Below are positions 13,901 through 26,239 of a DNA stretch of 64,000 bases, piece by piece. Location of the stretch: assembly GCA_964247055.1 (NCBI GenBank), contig OZ176055.1, positions 2,542,001 to 2,606,000 on the forward strand. The letters run 5' to 3'. The position numbers were made by a program, and so were the translations under genes. Numbering within the stretch: the first letter of the stretch is position 1; each line of letters opens with the position of its first letter. This DNA is from Paragordius varius. Taxonomy: Eukaryota; Animalia; Nematomorpha. The notes under the pieces are model-generated. The model saw only the letters and a program-made list of their open reading frames with translations. It was not told where the DNA came from and did no database searches.

Positions 13901-14180
13901 ATCCCATAATTATTATCGCCTGGATTCGCTACAGTACTTTGATTTCCGAATTTTTCGATTCGATTAATCACGCCAAGGGGCAAATCTAAAATAACATCCT
14001 TAATTTAGTTAAAAATATACTTTAGGCGTAAAAAACATTAATCTAAAAGTAGTAACGCCGATGGTACCATTAATAATTCCATTGAATGGGCAAAGAAAAT
14101 TAACGTTTTGACCTAAATATTTATTTTTAATTACTTTCGCACACCATATTCTCTCCGTGAAAAAATTGTATCAGGTTCAT
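4934..14180 (-). CDS. MTMR2: Myotubularin-related PI3P/PI(3,5)P2 3-phosphatase (MTM1/MTMR1/MTMR2 group), catalytically intact
   Basis: Exons (minus strand): 14180-14135 (start uncertain), 14112-14021, 13998-13885, 12880-12779, 12312-12229, 12083-12009, 11104-10953, 10195-9988, 9590-9499, 9086-8993, 8683-8585, 8326-8219, 7859-7392, 7030-6815, 6131-5886, 5248-4934. All junctions are GT-AG and in phase. The translation contains [64 protein letters not shown] (active-site CX5R), [45 protein letters not shown] and a C-terminal coiled coil. The symbol denotes the subfamily; orthology among MTM1/MTMR1/MTMR2 is unresolved. Confidence 0.93.
6151..6494. mobile_element. Small foldback MITE with 21-bp AATTCAAATTCACCCTTGAAC-type repeats (degenerate ends)
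   Basis: The left arm carries caaattcacccttgaacaattcaaattcaccc and the right arm the reverse complement gggtgaatttgaattgtt... repeats. Same family as the copies at 11498 and 47330. Confidence 0.65.
11498..11749. mobile_element. Foldback MITE, 21-bp repeat type AATTCAAATTCACCCTTGAAC, with TACCA...TGGTA ends flanked by TA
   Basis: Starts (ta)TACCAtatacaattcaaattcacccccgaacaattcaaattc..., has about five 21-bp units, and ends ...caagggtggctttaaactgtaaaTGGTA(ta). Confidence 0.7.
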
Positions 14181-14273
14181 ATGAATTAACTCAAAAGTGA
14201 GTGTTTCGATGAATGCAATATAATATACAAGTGCATGATATATAAAATGCAGTATTACAAATAATTATGATTA

Positions 14274-14305
<32 letters not shown>

Positions 14306-14944
14306 CTAAGCATCAAAATTCTTGTGGTGGTTTTGGTTTTCAGATTTAAGAGTAATTTAAGAAATTTATATGTCGGATTCATGTCCCAAATCACCGATAT
14401 AATAAATTTTGTTATTAAAAAAAGTTCCATGTCAAACTACCACGCCATTATTATTTTACGAAATTTTTACAAAATAGGATACTCTCTTTTTATAGGATAA
14501 ATTAAAGCTTATTTTTTTAAATTACATCTAACATTAGAAATAAAAAAGGGGTTTGTTGTTTGAAAGTAAATCATTCCTAAACTTGCAAGTCTAGACAGAA
14601 TTTTTTTATCACCGCACCCCCTGTTTATTAAAATGCATACTTAAATTAGAAACAATTTTTAGTGTGTTTTTTTAAATCGCATTATACTGTATATTAAAAT
14701 AATATAAAAACAAAATCTGCTTATTTTAGTTTACTTATATAATTTCTATTAGAATAGAAGCATAAATTTAAATTTGTACCGTTTCCTCAGTAGTTTAAAA
14801 GATTGACCTGAATTTAGTCCGGGGTATTTATACCCCAATTTGAATTGAAGTGGTAAAATAAAACAAAAAATACCCATTTCGCAATAAAAAATTTTAAATA
14901 TATGCATTTTACCTAAAAATTTAGTTTAAAGTAAAATTTTAATA

Positions 14945-15215
14945 AAGGATACTTCATACTTGTTGACGCATAATGGAAACGGTTTAAAAACGGCTTTTAT
15001 AAAACACTTCTATATTATTCGTGATGTAGATATCTACCGTTTCAGAATTTCAATTTAAATGTTTGTTTTGGTATTTGGTGCATTTTCGTGAAAAAACACA
15101 ATATAGAGATATATTAATCGAAATTTTGTGGTGGAAGAAATGTTAAGTATCATGTAGAAAAAATTTATTTAAAATATCAAACCGTTTCTACCATTATTTG
15201 AAATATGAAGTACCT
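14945..15215. mobile_element. Degenerate MITE with inverted ends; related copies at ~37280-37525 and ~38065-38110
   Basis: cttcatacttgttgacgcataatggaaacggttt pairs with aaaccgtttctaccattatttgaaatatgaag. The same atggaaacggt/accgtttc core with inverted arrangement recurs at 37305/37500 and 38080. Confidence 0.5.
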
Positions 15216-16359
15216 TTCAATAAAATCCTGCTAAAAAATAATTTTTATTTTGCATTTTAATATTTTTGGGTAATATTAAAAAAATTAATTAGCATATATT
15301 TAACTTTGGGTGGGGTAATAAAAAAATTTTTTTGGAATGACTTGTAAGTTTTTCAAGTCATGGCTTGCTTTCATATGATAAAAAAAGTTAGGGAATTCAA
15401 GCAAGAAAACTTGAAGAGGTGATAAAAATATGATTAAGAAAAACTTGAAGATATTGCAAGTGTGGTATAGGGCACACTTGACATATTTAAAAATTTGGAT
15501 AAAAACTCTGGTAACTTTGTGTATATAATTTAGGTTATATATGTAGATGGAACCTTTGACGTATATATTTGATATTTGGCTAATTTTATAATTCAAACTG
15601 GGTGGATACAGAAGCAAACGAAATGTTTGAAAACTGTACAAAACGTGTTTAAATAGGAATTAAAGTATCCTATTATAATTTCTATGAACTCACAACACCA
15701 TATGCAAAATCACAGGTTTATTTTAAATTTATTTTGAGGAAACTAACTCTTCAAATCCGGTTAAATTTTTTTGGTTTTATTAACTCCCACATAATTTGAA
15801 TTGGGTGGTAAAAATGTTACATTCATAACACTGGACAACAAATTTTTCTGCCACTCGAGTTTTTTGCATTTTCTGATATTTAGTATCATTTTAACAGTAA
15901 ATCTGAAATAAAAATTATAACTCAAGAATTTTGTATTAATTGATTTTTTACAAATGGGAATTACTTGTATATTTTCAAAGAAAAACATTTTTTAGTAAAA
16001 TTTTGATAAAGAGGGCGCATAATATCACTCGAAAGAGTAATAAAAACTAAATAAAATGCATACTATTATGTATTACATTGACAGTTAATATTGGACACAA
16101 AGGGCGACAAACGCGCAAAGCGAGAGCATTTTTTTTTATTATATTTTAAACTAATGGATGAAAATAGCTCAAACTTTGTTTAGATGGTGATGATTATCCA
16201 AAAAGATAACACAAGAAAGTTTTTTTGATTAAAACATTTTTTATTGCTTTTATGTCACTCAAAACAGCCATTTTTTTTGTTTTCTAACAATTACCATCTC
16301 ATCAATATTAATTTATTTTCTTTACGAGGGTGATAATTTCGAAATTTTAAAGATAAAAA

Positions 16360-16930
16360 CAAAGTTTAAGGTAATTTTGTTCTTTTATAGCCATTATATA
16401 ATAAATTTACAGTTATTATGCATTTTAGTATCCACTAGGTAAAATATTTATGATAATAATAATTTTCATTAAAGAGCAAACCAAAAGCTTTTTCAAACAT
16501 TTTTTTTAAATTAAATACTAATATAACCCTAATAATTATATTAAAATAATTTATATGATTTTCAAATTGTCTGTAAAAATTCTTGATTTATTTAAGGATT
16601 GAAAATTACGACCATTTGAATCCAAATAACTTTTACATCATATTCATTTTGACTTACTACCATTTAAAAGATGCAGTTTTTTACGCTCTTTCGAATGATA
16701 AAAAATATATGGCTTCATATCTAAAACTTTTAATTTTCGAAATTTCGAGTTTAATGTTAAATCGGGGCCAAAAATTATCGATAACTCTAATATAAAAAAT
16801 TCTTGAATGCTAGCTTAATTTCCTTTTCAGATATACTAATTATGTACTTAAATGAAATAAATTTTAAATTTACAAGAATGGCAGTTTAAAAAAATTAAAA
16901 TTTGTTGTTCAGTGTAAGCAAAAAACTTGA
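16360..16930. repeat. Dispersed degenerate repeat with a second copy at ~36170-36680
   Basis: Colinear shared blocks: tatccactag, ccaaataacttttacatc, atggc(t/c)catatctaaaac, taatgttaaatcggg..attatcgataa and aatttacaagaatg/aatttatgaaaatg. Confidence 0.55.
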
Positions 16931-18012
16931 CTTAAGCGATGGTATTTTTGCGTTTATTGGGCATTTTAAGAGAGCAAAAAAGTAGGGATCTTGGAGACTA
17001 CATAAAAATTTTTTTGAATATATTGTTTTGTTTTAATATGTAGTTTATATATGTTGGTGATATTTTTGAATAAAGCCTTTAGCTTGCATCGAAAAATTAT
17101 ATTCAAATGTGGACAAATTTCGTCATTTTTTGATATGGATCACTCACCACAAAGGTTTAAGTAACTTCATGTTTTCCTCCTAAGGGCCAAAACTAAAAGT
17201 TCCAAGATATCTGATACATTTTGTTATCAGAATATATGTTTTTAACCAGGTTATTTTTAAACCCTCATTTTTGTAAACAATATATATGTATACCGTAAGA
17301 ATTTAAAAATTTATTCGCTAATTGATATAAAAACAGAAATTTTTTTGCGTTAATTAAAAGTTTATTTTGGAGTTTTACAAAAAATATATTTTGAATATTA
17401 TTTTAAAAAACCTGTATCATAAAATTTTAATTTTTTACTAACTGGAAACATTAATTATCGCTTTAAGATTTGATTAAAAAATATAAAAATCAAGGTATTT
17501 TTTTATATAATTGTTTATAATCAAATCTTCGTTTAACATAAATAAACGCTAAAACCTAAAGAGTTTATGTAATGATAATAATCAATTAAAATAAATAGTA
17601 TTTTATTATATTTTATAAACACCTCATTATATTTCCAGAAAGACTTCAAACAAAATATGAGTAGTAAAACTAAAACATGAAGCAATCTAAAGAGATATTT
17701 TCACCCAAAATTCGTGGTGAGATAATTTCGCAATCCAAAAAATAACTTATAAAACAATTATCTTGTTGAAAATGTCATGTAGTTAAAAAATTAATTATTA
17801 AAATACTCTTATGTATTATGCCTGAAAACATGTGGTAAAATAATAAAAGAATTTTTTAAAAGTCAAACGGTTTCACAAACTCAAAAATTAAAGGCACCTG
17901 GCTCAATATTCAAAAGAACAATAATTTTATATTTTAATATTCATGCCATTGAATTTATAAAACTTCAATAAATGCATAATTGAGTTGTTTGCCTTGTTAG
18001 TGCCTTATTTTA

Positions 18013-19360
18013 TACCATTTTTCATACAAAAACATCATTTTTTCAATCAAACGCACCATTTTTTCAAGCAAAGGCAACAACTTTTTAAGCAAATGCAACA
18101 TTTTTTCAAGCAAGGACAACATATTTTAAAAAACGCAGCATTTTTTCAACCAAAGACAACATTTTTTCAAGCAGAAACAACACTTTTTATAATATTATAA
18201 AGAACTATTTTTTGTATGACAATATTAATTATTTTTTAAATTATAAGTTAATGTAATTTTTACCATTGAATAATGATTTTTATCGTTTTACATCAATATT
18301 TGATGGTAAATTAATTGATTAAACATTTTGATTTTGCCCATAAATTGCCTTATTTGTTTTTAATTATATTTTTCTTTTACATCTTTTGTTTCCCCTATAA
18401 TCAATTTATATAATTTGCACGAGTGTCTTTAATTATTTAAAGTTGGTCGATGAACACTTCAAGTTGATCCTTCAATATTTTAATTTTGATTCTACCTTTT
18501 ATTAATAAAGCAATTAAATATATTTATCCTATCATTTTTAACCTATTCTCTTTATTAAACTTTTAAATGAATAGCAACTTTTTTTCATGATAACCGTATA
18601 TCCTTATGATTTCTGTAAAAATTTTTTTAACCCTATTTAAAAATATCTAAGTTTTATGGGTTATTGATTGTAGTATTTAGTTAATAACATTTAGTATATA
18701 ATATTGATAACTTAGCTCGAAACAAGTTGTTTTTATTGAAATATTATTTTGAATGAAACATTAATAAAGCTATTAGGTTAAATTTAAAAGTAATTACATA
18801 CAAAAATAACGGTTGTATGCTGCATAAATGTAAGGACCAACTAAGTGAAGGACAACTTTAAATATTTAAAGACACTCTTGATGTGCAAATTATATAAATT
18901 GATTATAGTAGAAACTAAAGATGTAAAAGAAAAATATAATTAATAAAAACAAATAAGGCAATTTATGGGCAAAATCAAAATGTTTAATCAATTAATTTAC
19001 CATCAAATATTGATGTAAAACGATAAAAATCATTATTCAATGGTAAAAATTACATTAACTTATAATTTAAAAAATAATTAATATTGTCATACAAAAAATA
19101 GTAATTCTTTATAATATTATAAAAAGTGTTGTTTTAACTTGAAAAAAAGTTGTCATTAATTGAAAAATGCTGCGTTTGGATGAAAAAATGTTGTCTTTGG
19201 ATGAAAAAATGTTGCGTTTGCTTAAAAAAATGTTGTTTTTGCTTGAAATAATGTTGCATTTGCCTGAAAAGTTGTTGCCTTTGCTTGAAAAAATGTTGCG
19301 TTTGTTTGAAAAAATGGTGCGTTTGATTGAAAAAATGATGTTTTTGCATGAAAAATGGTA
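18013..19360. mobile_element. Foldback element: ~450-500 bp inverted arms with terminal 21-bp tandem repeats (CAACATTTTTTCAAGCAAACG type)
   Basis: TA-TACCATTTTT at 18011 and AAAAATGGTA-TA at 19362. The arms are mirror images through the repeat array and a long unique stretch (ttgcccataaattgccttattt / aaataaggcaatttatgggcaa). Confidence 0.85.
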
Positions 19361-20321
19361 TATAAATATCTGAAATGGTCGAAAATTTTAGTATAATGTG
19401 AATTGAATGGCAAATTATTACATTTAAAACAAGACTTGAATTAATTGTTCTTTTATCACCGATCTTCAAGTGTTCCCTTGTTGGGTTAAGCAAACTTGCT
19501 CCCTAGCCACGCCTGACTTGCAAGTCAAGGGCTATATTTTTATTATCATCTGCCACTATAACAAAATGGATACAAAATGGTTTTGGACCTCATGATTGAT
19601 AAAATGTTTACACTTTGTGGTATCCTACTAACGCAAAATGCACTTAGTAAATGAAAAATTTTGGATGACTTCACAAAATATCATTAATATACATTATTAA
19701 AAACCTTCGCCAATTTGAAACTTTTGAAGTCCTTAAATAATATATTTATATACATATTTGAGAAAATGTATCAGAACATGGTGCTTTAAGTGGGGATTAC
19801 GCGTGATAAAAGAAAGGTATATGCACTTTTACGGGAATTGCTAGATATTAAAAAACCAGATAACCAATATCAAATAAATTCTAATAAAAGCAGTATTCTT
19901 CATTCCAAAAATAGATAATCTAGTGTCCTTAGACAATATCTTCACTAAGTAATATTTAATTCCAATATAGCTTAATTATTTTTTGTTATTATTTTTATTT
20001 AGTTTGACGTATTTTAGTATTTTCAGACATTAAAGAGCAAAAAACTCCCAATATAGTGTGAGTAATTCCAAAAAATAAAAACTGATCTTTCTATATAAGT
20101 TAATTAAAAATGATAAAATGACGAATTTCAGTTAATAGTTCTATAATGAAAGCTGATATATTTTAATATTATAAAAGGATGGGGTTTTAAATATTGAACA
20201 CCAAGAATTTATAATATTTCTGTTTAAAGGTGTACTGCCAAATTTGGGGTATAAAGGAAAAATTTTAAATATAATATATTTGGATAGTAGCTTTCAGAAT
20301 CAGAAAAAATTTAAGCTAACG

Positions 20322-20352
<31 letters not shown>

Positions 20353-20449
20353 GGAAATATTAACTAATCACGCATGTAAGCTAACAGCTGTAAAAAATAT
20401 TTTATTTACTGAATAAAAAGCCTAAAACTTTCAAATTTATGAACAATAA

Positions 20450-22001
20450 TCTATATATTTATAAAAATGGTAAGTGTTAGCTTTGTGATATGTTTCCGGA
20501 AATCCGGTAGACCCATTCAAATCCAAATGTCGAAAAAACATAATAATCAATGAATGCCCCAACAATAGCTTCGCCCTTTTTTAATTAAGCCCCCTGTTCG
20601 GGACCACCCCGTGTAAAAAACGCTTTTTGAAAACAAAAGTCCACAAAAATCGTGTCTCTACGATTTTCCGGAAAACGTGTTGGACGATTTGATTTTAAAT
20701 ATGTTTATTTTGTACTTATTTTCAGCGCTGAACATAGTCGGCTTACTTTTTAATTTAAGCCCTCTTTGCCCGCTCCCACCCGTAAAATAAAGCCCACAAA
20801 AATAATTTTTTGAATCTAGTTTTTGCCCAAAGTATGAGACCGTAATAATTCCATAGGGATTCCAGGTATTCCTTTTTAAAAAGCAAAATTTTTTATTCAA
20901 GCGCTTTTTTGTATCAGTCTCTGGGTAGGGGGCTACCCGCCTAAAACTGCGACACTATATCGAGGTTGCGTTGTTTAGGAGTTTTTTTTCAGAAAATAAG
21001 GCAAAATTTCAAGTCGAGCGGTTTTAAATTTAGCCGTTTATTAGGCCCTTTACGCCCTAAAAAATGCGCTATCCTTCAACTATTATAGTTTTAAAGCCTT
21101 TTTTCCAAAATCTTTAAGAACATATGGAATGAAAATTACCCTAATTTTTATTAAACGTCTTTTTTATATTGGCATTTGGTTAGGGGCTACCCGCCAACAA
21201 CGGAGTCACCATATCGATGCAGCATGCCTTTGGAGTTAAAATTCAGAACTATGATTCTAATAGGAACATATAGAATCCATGATAATTCCAGATATTCCTT
21301 GTATAAAGGCAATATTTTTGCTCAATGCTTTTTTTATATCTGCCCCTGGGTAGGATAACCGCCAAAACCGCGCACTATATAGCAATAGCTTTGTTCTGGG
21401 GCTAATTTACTGAAATTTTATGAAGCTTATGAGCTCTTTAAAAGCTTGAATTATTACCTGTAACTAGGCAATGAAGGTCAGGTTTTTTTTATTAGCCGTT
21501 AATTTGGGGTCCTTATACCCTAAAAATACGCCATCAATAACGTTAGTGTTATATTTTGTCAAATTACCCATGAATGGTAAAAGTTAATTCCAAATATATT
21601 ATATTAAAGGCAAAGAATTTAACTCAGCGCCTTTTTCATATAGGTCTATGGGTAGGGGTCTACCGGTTTAAAAATAAGACCATACAAAAATGGCTTGGTC
21701 TTGGATTTAATTTTAAAAAAAAAAACTTAAGAAGGAATACCCGATGTCAAAAATAAAACTTTCTTTGCACGTTTCACCCAATAATTACTTATGTTTTTTA
21801 TAGTAAGATCATTGCTGAATAAATATATATTTTTTGTTAACATAGTTAGTGTGGGGGCCTTTATACTATAAAACTCGCTCACCAATATGGTTCTGAGGCT
21901 ATTTTTCGCCAAAATTATGAGATCATAAAAAATTAAATAGAAGTGCAGATCGCGTATAAAGGCTAAAAAAAATTGCTCCTCCCCACAGGAAGTCCGGCTA
22001 G
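20450..22001 (+). mobile_element. Non-autonomous Helitron-like element of the same family as 2381-4290
   Basis: Starts A|TCTATATATTTATAAAAATGG and shares internal blocks with the 2381 copy (caatagcttcgccctttt, aagtccacaaaaa, gtatgagaccgtaa). It carries internal GGGTAGGGGCTACCCGCC-like sub-repeats and ends ggaagtccggCTAG|T. Confidence 0.7.
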
Positions 22002-22526
22002 TAAATTATAAAATTATAAACTTTTAACATTCGTTTGCTTTTAAATCTGGGGAATTTTGTAAAAAACAAAATTAATAATTAATACGTTTGAAGACGAAAT
22101 AGTTTATAAATTTAGGTGATATAAATGTTCAGCATCAGAATTAATTAAAAAACTGTTTTGTTAATATATTCTAACGAATTTATACCGTTACCCTTGTGCC
22201 TCAAATAGCATGAAGTATACGCTTCAACTCATTATTGTCTTAAATTTAGAAAAAAGTATACATTTGTAAAGTTATTTTTAATTAATGCCAAAATTTAGCA
22301 TATAGATAAGATTTTAACGCAAAATCTCGTCTTTACGTTATTTTAAGAGAGCTAGAGCGAAAAAAATTTAGACTTTAGCACCCACTAAAAATTAAATTTT
22401 TTGAAAAATATTGTCCTTTTTATATGACTTATATTCATTTGGCGCTATTTCCGAAGGAAACATTCAGCTCCTAAAAATATTTTATTAAAAAACGTGGGCA
22501 AATTTTATTACTTTCCAAATGAAGTA

Positions 22527-23926
22527 TACCATTTTTCATGCAAAAACATCATTTTTTCAACCAAATGCAACATTTTTTCAAGCAAACGCAACATTTTTTC
22601 AAGCAAACGCAACATTTTTTCAAGCAAAGACATCATTTTTTCAAGCAAACGCAACATTTTTTCAAGCAAACGCAACATTTTTTCAAGCAAACGCAACATT
22701 TTTTCAAGCAAACGCAACATTTTTTCATCCAAACGCAACATTTTTTCAACCAAAGACAACATTTTTTCAAGCAAAAACAACAATTTTTTAAAAATTAAAA
22801 ACCATTTTTTTATTTTAAGACATATTAAATTTAAAGTTAATGGAAATTAATTTTAGCGTAGAATTATGATTTTTATTATTTTACCATAAATATGTGATGG
22901 TATGATTGATTTTCAAACAAAATTTTGCCCATAATTGCATTATTTATATTATATTTTTTCTTTTACAACAGTTTCACTAAATCAATAAATACAACTTGCG
23001 CTTTAAGAGTGTCTTGTTTAAAGTTTCTTTCATTTTTTTGCAAACAACCGTTATTTTCGTATGTAATTATCTATTTTTTTTAACTCAAACTAATATCTTT
23101 ATTTATTGGTATTTGAATCAAAAATAATATTTTTATAGTAAAAACATCTTTATTTGTTTCGAACTAATTTTCTTTAAATCAATATTATTAACTTATTGAT
23201 GTTTTAAACTAAATATTACGATTAATAACCCACAAATCCTAGATGTTTAATAATGTTAAATTTTTTATAAAAAATAATATTGATATATGGTTCTTATGAA
23301 AGAAATGGTATTCCCTTAAAAGTTTAGGAAATAAAGAAAATAGGTTAATGATAGGATAGATGAATATAATATTGCTTGATTAATAAAAGTTAGAATCAAA
23401 ATTAAAATATTGAAGGACCAAATTGAAGTGTTCTAGGACCAACTTTAAATTTTCAAGGACAATTTTGAAGCGCAAAATGTATGGACTGATAAGGTTAAAC
23501 TAAAGTTGGAAAAGAATAAAATAATATAAATAATGCAATTATGGGCAAAATTTTGTTTGAAAATCAATCATACCATCACATATTTATGATAAAATAATAA
23601 AAATCATAATTCTACGCTAAAATTAATTTCCATTAACTTTAAATTTAATATGTCTTAAAATAAAAAAAATGGTTTTTAATTTTTAAATGATTGTTGTTTT
23701 TGCTTGAAAAAATGTTGTCTTTGGTTGAAAAAATGTTGCGTTTGGATGAAAAAATGTTGCGTTTGGATGAAAAAATGTTGCGTTTGCTTGAAAAAATGTT
23801 GCGTTTGCTTGAAAAAATGATGTCTTTGCTTGAAAAAATGTTGCGTTTGCTTGAAAAAATGTTGCGTTTGGTTGAAAAAATGTTGCATTTGGTTGAAAAA
23901 ATGATGTTTTTGCATGAAAAATGGTA
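22527..23926. mobile_element. Second copy of the foldback element with CAACATTTTTTCAAGCAAACG 21-bp arrays
   Basis: TA-TACCATTTTTCATGC at 22525 and GCATGAAAAATGGTA-TA at 23928. About 12 near-perfect 21-bp units per arm, and the arms continue as inverted repeats to ~22960/23520. Confidence 0.88.
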
Positions 23927-26239
23927 TAGAGCATTTGGTACAAAAGTGTTATTATCTTATTAAATCACTGGTAACGACCCAAATCTAAAGTACCATGAAA
24001 ATCCTTATACATTTGCCAATCAGAATATTTATATTCCATCAAGATATTTTTTGTCAATGTGTAATCGTCTTCCAAATCTGACATAAGATTGCGAACAACT
24101 TAATGGAGTATCTTTAATCAGTCTCTATCCACACTAGGTAATGAAACTTTTTGTGCTAAATTGGGTAAAAAGTGTAGTTTTTTAAATATTGATATTTTTG
24201 GATAGAGATACAACTTATGAAATTCGAAAAAATAGGGGTCTTGCATATATAAATGAACTCAATTTTTTAAAGGTCTATTTTAATTTAAAAATTTTAATTA
24301 CCAATCAATTATCTAATTCAAAATGATAAAAAGTTGCAAAGAATTAGATAATAATTAATTTGAAAACTTTTGTTTCAATTAGCTTCAGCATTTATAAATT
24401 AAGGTGTGAAAAAGGCAAAAACATATTTTTTTATAAATCAGTTTATAATAAATTTTGTATTTATATTTTGGTTAATTATATCAAGGATGAGTTTCTAAAA
24501 TGTTATAACATACTTGCTTTTTTGATTAAAGTCCATAACCTTTGCGCTAACAGAGATGATTAAATTATTTATTTCGAAATAGCAAATTAATTTGGAAAGT
24601 TATTATAAATTTAATTTGCTTTTTTATTTTATTACTCTAACTAAGCCTAACGAGTAATCTCATGTTAAAACAAAACGTTGGAACCTCATTTGCGAAATCC
24701 AAGCTTTTTAAATGAAAATTTATGTTTAAGTAAAATTTTACATATTCTTAAATATTTATATATTAACATTGGGTTGGGTGATAAAAAAGTCGCACTCTAA
24801 TTGTAAGTTCGTGGCAAGTTGGGCAAGTTTATTAAAACCAGCAAGTCTACACTTGATGGATGATAAAAAACAAAATGGATATAACATTTTTTTGCCACCT
24901 ACAGAAATTATTTTGATCCTATTCACTCAAAATTAAAATAAGGCACAAATAGATAAACAATCAATAAAATATGCATTTATCTAAGTTTTTAAAAGTCAAT
25001 GGCAATTTTATTTAATATTTTTTAATATTAAGCCCGGGTACTAAAATTTTTTGATGGAACCATTCACCCTTAAAACACTCTCTATTATTTTACCACTTTA
25101 CTCATTTTTTATAAGTTCATTTGCACATAGGGAAGATGTTTATTGAATATAAAATATTATATTTTAATTGATTATCAACATGACAATTAAAATTTTACCT
25201 TTAGCTTTTATTATAAACGAAGATACGAAAATTTTATACACTAATATTTAATTATTAATTTTATGATATTTTCGAGAACAAATTTTTGCCGTTTCACGTA
25301 ATAGATAAATTTAGCATATTTTATGTGCAATGTTAAAATTAACAGAGTTTTTTTATAATGATTTATCCTCTTTTGTGTAAGATAAATTTAGCCAATTACC
25401 AAATTAACAGTTTATGGCATTGACAAATTTTATATAAACCTAATTTATATTGACCTTATATTATAAAATACTACTTATGTTTATCAAAATCCAATATAAG
25501 CATTTTAGACTTTTACTTAATTAGCTTTCAAGATTTATTATATACGAGTTTTGAATATGAAAGTTTTTGTGTTAAAAAAGTAAATATGCGGTTTTAAATT
25601 TTTATTCCTTATATATATGGGATCCTAAATTTTTTTCTAAAAGCTACTCAGTTTCTGTATCCAAATGTATATCTTATAATTTTACCTTTTTACCCAACGG
25701 CAGCACATTTAGAAAAGAAATATTGCAATCTAAATCATTTTTGATGTTAAGTAATAAATATCTTTCCATCCCTTATATTAAAAACTATCAGCTTTCATTG
25801 TGGAAGTATTAACTGAAAATCGTCATTATATGATTTTTAAAATTAACTTACATAGAAAGATTAGTTTTCATTTTTTGACTTGTTAACGCACAAAACCACC
25901 AGTTATTAATCATCCAAAAAAGTGCATTGGTTTTATATATTTATTTATTGATTTAACATCCAAAACATTTAATTATATATGTAAGATTTATGTACAGTTC
26001 GGAATTTACTTAAGCGTCTTTGGTTTGTCTATTACTAAAAACTAATATTCTCATATTATTTTGTATTTTATATAAGGTCTCGGAAGATTAACGATATATC
26101 GGCTTACGTATTGAGGCGTCCTCAAAAAAAGTTTTTCCATTTCCAGAACTTTTGGCAGACACTCGGATTTTAAATTAAGATTAGAGACTTTTTTCTGTTA
26201 AGGTCCATAGAATTGTAAGAATGGCGGTACTTTTGATGT

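Noticed and set aside
13986-14020. A 35-nt intron as an alternative to the second 22-nt intron
   Set aside because: Using the AG at 13986 after the phase-0 donor reads ICPLA* and loses the conserved ILDLPLGV alignment.
22527-22790. 21-bp arrays as a possible CRISPR array or telomeric repeat
   Set aside because: The units are directly adjacent with no unique spacers, there are no cas genes, the context is eukaryotic, and the arrays form the arms of TIR-bounded elements.
17985-23963. Overlapping ORFs on both strands with heptad repeats (LLEKMLR, FFQANAT, HFFKQTQ) at 17985-18200, 19134-19493, 22494-22850 and 23676-23963
   Set aside because: They are artefacts of 21-bp (multiple of 3) tandem repeats in foldback arms. 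They are open in several frames on both strands and mirror each other across the inverted repeat.
23968-24115. A ~50-codon open frame on the minus strand (KDTPLSVRNLMSDLEDDY...)
   Set aside because: No recognisable motif and no convincing splice partners; too short to support a call.
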